A DNA stretch of 64,000 nucleotides, counting the filler, from Sanchytrium tribonematis (Eukaryota): NCBI GenBank assembly GCA_018985235.1. It is 12 parts of 12 records of this genome, joined end to end, with 100 filler letters (N's around TTAATTAATTAA, not from the genome) between each part and the next. Parts side by side here need not be neighbours in the genome. Positions count along the whole stretch, not along the records: positions 60,609 to 64,000 come from JADGIG010000867.1; 11 more parts are not named here. One strand, written 5' to 3'. A model generated the notes under the pieces. The model was given only the letters and a program-made list of their open reading frames with translations, did not search any database and was not told where the DNA came from. Positions 60,609 to 64,000 of this stretch are shown here, one piece after another. The position numbers and the translations under genes are program-made. How positions within the stretch are numbered: position 1 is the stretch's first letter; each line of letters opens with the position of its first letter.

Positions 60609-63600
60609 CTCTTTCCTTAACCATTTCGATGGCTTTTCCTACGTTTGGATGACGACTTAAAAAGTCTGCGTCCAGGTTGGAAGCTCCCTTAATATAGATA
60701 ATAGTGGTCACCCTGGATCCAAATAAATACCTGTGCCATTTTTTTAATGACTCCACAATACACAAACACTCCAACTCGGTGATGTGCCACTGCTGTTCTT
60801 CTCTGCTTAAAGTTCGGCTCCAGAAATAGAGTGGTCTCCCAGCTTGTAGTAAAACTGCACCTAATCCTCTACTGCTTGATGCATCAGTTCTAATTTCATA
60901 CGGTTTTGTAGAATCTGGATAATTTAAAAGAATGCGTTTAGATAATAATCTTTTAACCGTTTCGTATGCATTTCTCTGCTCTTCCCCCCATTCCCAATGC
61001 ACATTTTTTCGTAATAATTTCAAATAAGGCTGCGCAATAATGCTATAATTGGGAATATATCTAGCATAGAATTGAAATGCACCATGAATTGATGCTAACT
61101 GTGACTTGTTATTGGGTGTTTCAGCCTTTAACAATGCATCAATTTTTGCGGGATCTGGTGATATTCCATTTCCGTTAACTATGTGACCTAATAATTCCAT
61201 TTCGCTATATCCAATAGAACATTTAGATGGCTTCAATTTGTAATTATAGCTTCTTAATCTCAAAAAGAGTGCTCTAAGAGTTTGAAGCATCCCTTCAAAT
61301 GTCTTATCACCTGTGCTAATATCATCTTGATATGCTCTAGTCATTTTCAAACCTCGAGTCATTGTATTCATTTGTCTTTGAAATACAGATGCTGCATTAA
61401 CCCATCCAAAGGGAACAACTTTATATTGATAGATTTTGTCTCCAACACAAAATGCCGTATACTTCCTAGAGTTGATGTGTAAAGGTGCTTGCCAATATCC
61501 CGATCTTAAATCAAAGTGGCAGAAATAGCACATTCCTGCAAATCTTAAGATTTGCTCTTCTGTATCAGCTTGCGGATAATAATCTGGTAAAGTGATTCTA
61601 TTTAGTGGACGTAAGTCCGTACAGAATCGTTTCTCCGTGGTGTTCTTCTTATCAACAATAACAGTCTCATTGAGATATTCGGACGTCTCAATTTCTTCAA
61701 TTACACCCTCTCGTTCCATCTTTTCTGCATTATCCAACAAGATTTGCTGCTCTAAAGGACTTCGTTTTCTTTTCTTTTCTTTATATGGTTCCTCATTAGT
61801 GAGTTTGATCTCCACAGGATCAATGTTGGCACCCAATTTTCCGGTAAATACATCTAAAAATTCTTCGCATAATGATTTGATTGCCTGAACTTGATCTGGT
61901 TCCAATGACTTGTTTATATTTAAATCTGACCAAACTTGGTCAAGGGTGCTATCTCTTTTGAAATCATCGTAATGAACAATATCAGCTTCTCCAGGCAAGG
62001 CCTCAGTGAATTGTTCTTCGTACTCTTCTTTGACATATTCTATATCGTCGACTGTATCTGTTTCGATTTTATATTTTGCATCTTTTTCTACTGCTTCTTT
62101 AACAGGACTACTTTCAAGGTTTCCGGTGCGAACTTCCATAGTTTCAGCATCACTGACTGATAATTGACGAATCTCTCTTAAAGGTACAAGGTCATCGTCT
62201 GGAAATTTCGACATTTGATATTCATTAGTTTGAATCCTCTTACCATGTTCTACTGTCAAGAAGCATGATACTGGTCCATTGTCCGGCTTGACCCTTATAT
62301 TCAATTTTACTTCTTTAGACCCAAATTTTACGATTTCTTTCGGACCATCAATTACAATTTTCAAAGGCACTAAAGAACAAACTCCCAAAATTATATCATT
62401 TGTACAATTTTTCACTATTTCAAATGGAATATTTGCTTTTGAATCATGATTAATGTTGCAGATCATGTAAACTCTTCCTAGAATATCCTCATTTTGATTA
62501 TTGGCAACCTTAATTTTCTCGAAAGGAGATTTGTACACTGTGACTCCCGGTAAATACTTTAGCATCCAAGTGACAGTGACTAAATTTATGTCTGATCCTG
62601 AGTCCAAGAGCATCTTGGTGTGCTGATGTTCCAATTGCCCATCTACTTCAATAGCATGTGACAGTGTCATTTTATTTTCTTTAAAATCTCTGGCGGACAT
62701 TGATCTGATTGCAGTAATGCTTCTTCCAAACATCTGTTGGATTGTATTTGATTCTCTAGTATTTCCATTATTTGGGTTTCTAGTATCGCCTTGAGTTGTT
62801 TTTGCTGAATTGTTCCCTGTTTCCGGACAATTATAATTTCTGTGCCCTGTTTTCATACATCCGAAACAAAGATTTTGGGCTCGACACAATTCTATTTGCT
62901 CTGGAGTAAGTCGCTTAACGCTTGGAGTTATTGTTTTAGGTACGTTGTTTCCACTTTCACCAGATCTCACTTTATCAAAACTATTTCCCTTTTCGTAGTA
63001 AAGTCTGCCTAAAAACTGTTTTGTATTCCTTTCTACTGAAATTAATAGAGATGCAGCACCATCGACTGTACGAGGAATCTCATTATCAGTTTTGTTGCTC
63101 AAAGCCATTTTCAATTTTGGATGGCATCTATTTAAAAGTCTGTATACAAGGTTCTCTTCCTTTAATGCCAATTTTGCTTGCTCCAAATGTGATGCACCAT
63201 CAGATGCTAATGGATTGTTAACTATAAACTGTAATTTCTTTCTTAATAACTTCATTCTCGTTACAAATTGTCTAATAGTTTCATCATTCTTCTGATCGAT
63301 ACTCATTAGCCGCTGAGTTGTATTTGTTAATCGTGATCGTGGTCTGTATGCTATGATCAATCCCTTTGATAATTTAGTAAACGTGTTGTATCTTTCTCCG
63401 GCAAATAATTGACTTTCCTTGCCTGTCAATAATCCACTAATAACATTAGCCCAGTCATCAATATGTACCCCATATCTTCGTAGTTGTACATCGACATCAC
63501 TTAAAAATGCATCCACATCTGCGTGTACTGAATCTGCATCTGGATCAAAGAACACTTTCCCATTCAATTTCTCAAAAGCATCTTTAGCCACTTGTTGCCG

Positions 63601-63993
63601 CAACATCAATTCTAAAGAGCTTGGTTTCTCTTTCTCAGTTTTTTGCTCTGTTTCTGATTTCTTGTTAACCTCATCAATGTCCATTAGTGAGTCCATTCTT
63701 GTGTCAATTGACATCATATCATCATATTCAATTTCTTTTCGTATTCCTAATTCATTTCTGTATTTGTTTTGTTCATTCTTCTTTAATTTTTCTAATCTTC
63801 TTAATTTTGATTCTGTTTCTAATTTAATTTTTCTATAATCATTTAACTGCGCATTCAAATTCTCTAAAGTTTTTCTCGACTGCCCAACAACATTAGATGA
63901 CCCCTCGGAGGCGCCATGTACAAGATTGGGGCTTTCTAGTGTTGTGGCAGGTGTTGAGATGGTCCTAATTACCATATCCTCATCCATTCCCAT
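60609..63993 (-). mobile_element. Ty3/Gypsy single-ORF gag-pol (gag, CCHC, protease, RT, RNase H), truncated before integrase
   Basis: CFGCMKTGHRNYNC, LLDSGS, RFCTDLRPLN, DLRSGYWQ, PFG, YQDD, TDASS and DADFLSR. Confidence 0.93.
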
Positions 63994-64000
63994 TTCTATT

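Overview
This is AT-rich, extremely gene-dense eukaryotic nuclear DNA. It is probably from an early-diverging fungus or related amoeboid holomycotan, inferred from cobalamin-dependent MetH, a GBD-containing WASP, a BCH-RhoGAP and GLT1. It is not one locus: 12 contig pieces are joined by 11 artificial 100-bp linkers (N44-TTAATTAATTAA-N44), and after position 22859 the contigs are about 3.7 kb and sorted by size. Housekeeping genes include glyoxalase II, SER1, PP2A, MetH, SET1, UBA2, PDI, POL2, XPF, GGT, PRP40, a MYST HAT, GLT1 and RPS5. Mobile elements include decayed LINE, Ty3/Gypsy and pogo copies and one hAT with intact TIRs and TSD. The main finding is that nine frame breaks are each repaired by a GT-AG intron of exactly 19 nt, and all nine carry T-T-H-A-Y at positions 11-15 (putative branch A at -6), suggesting a fixed-length tiny-intron splicing system. 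Other findings are a tandem array of signal-peptide-bearing pseudokinases, an integrin-beta-like dual-NPxY tail, an LRR receptor-like protein, very short signal peptides, head-to-head genes 3-16 bp apart with CCC/GGG pre-ATG motifs, and a poly(A) retro-insertion inside a LINE.
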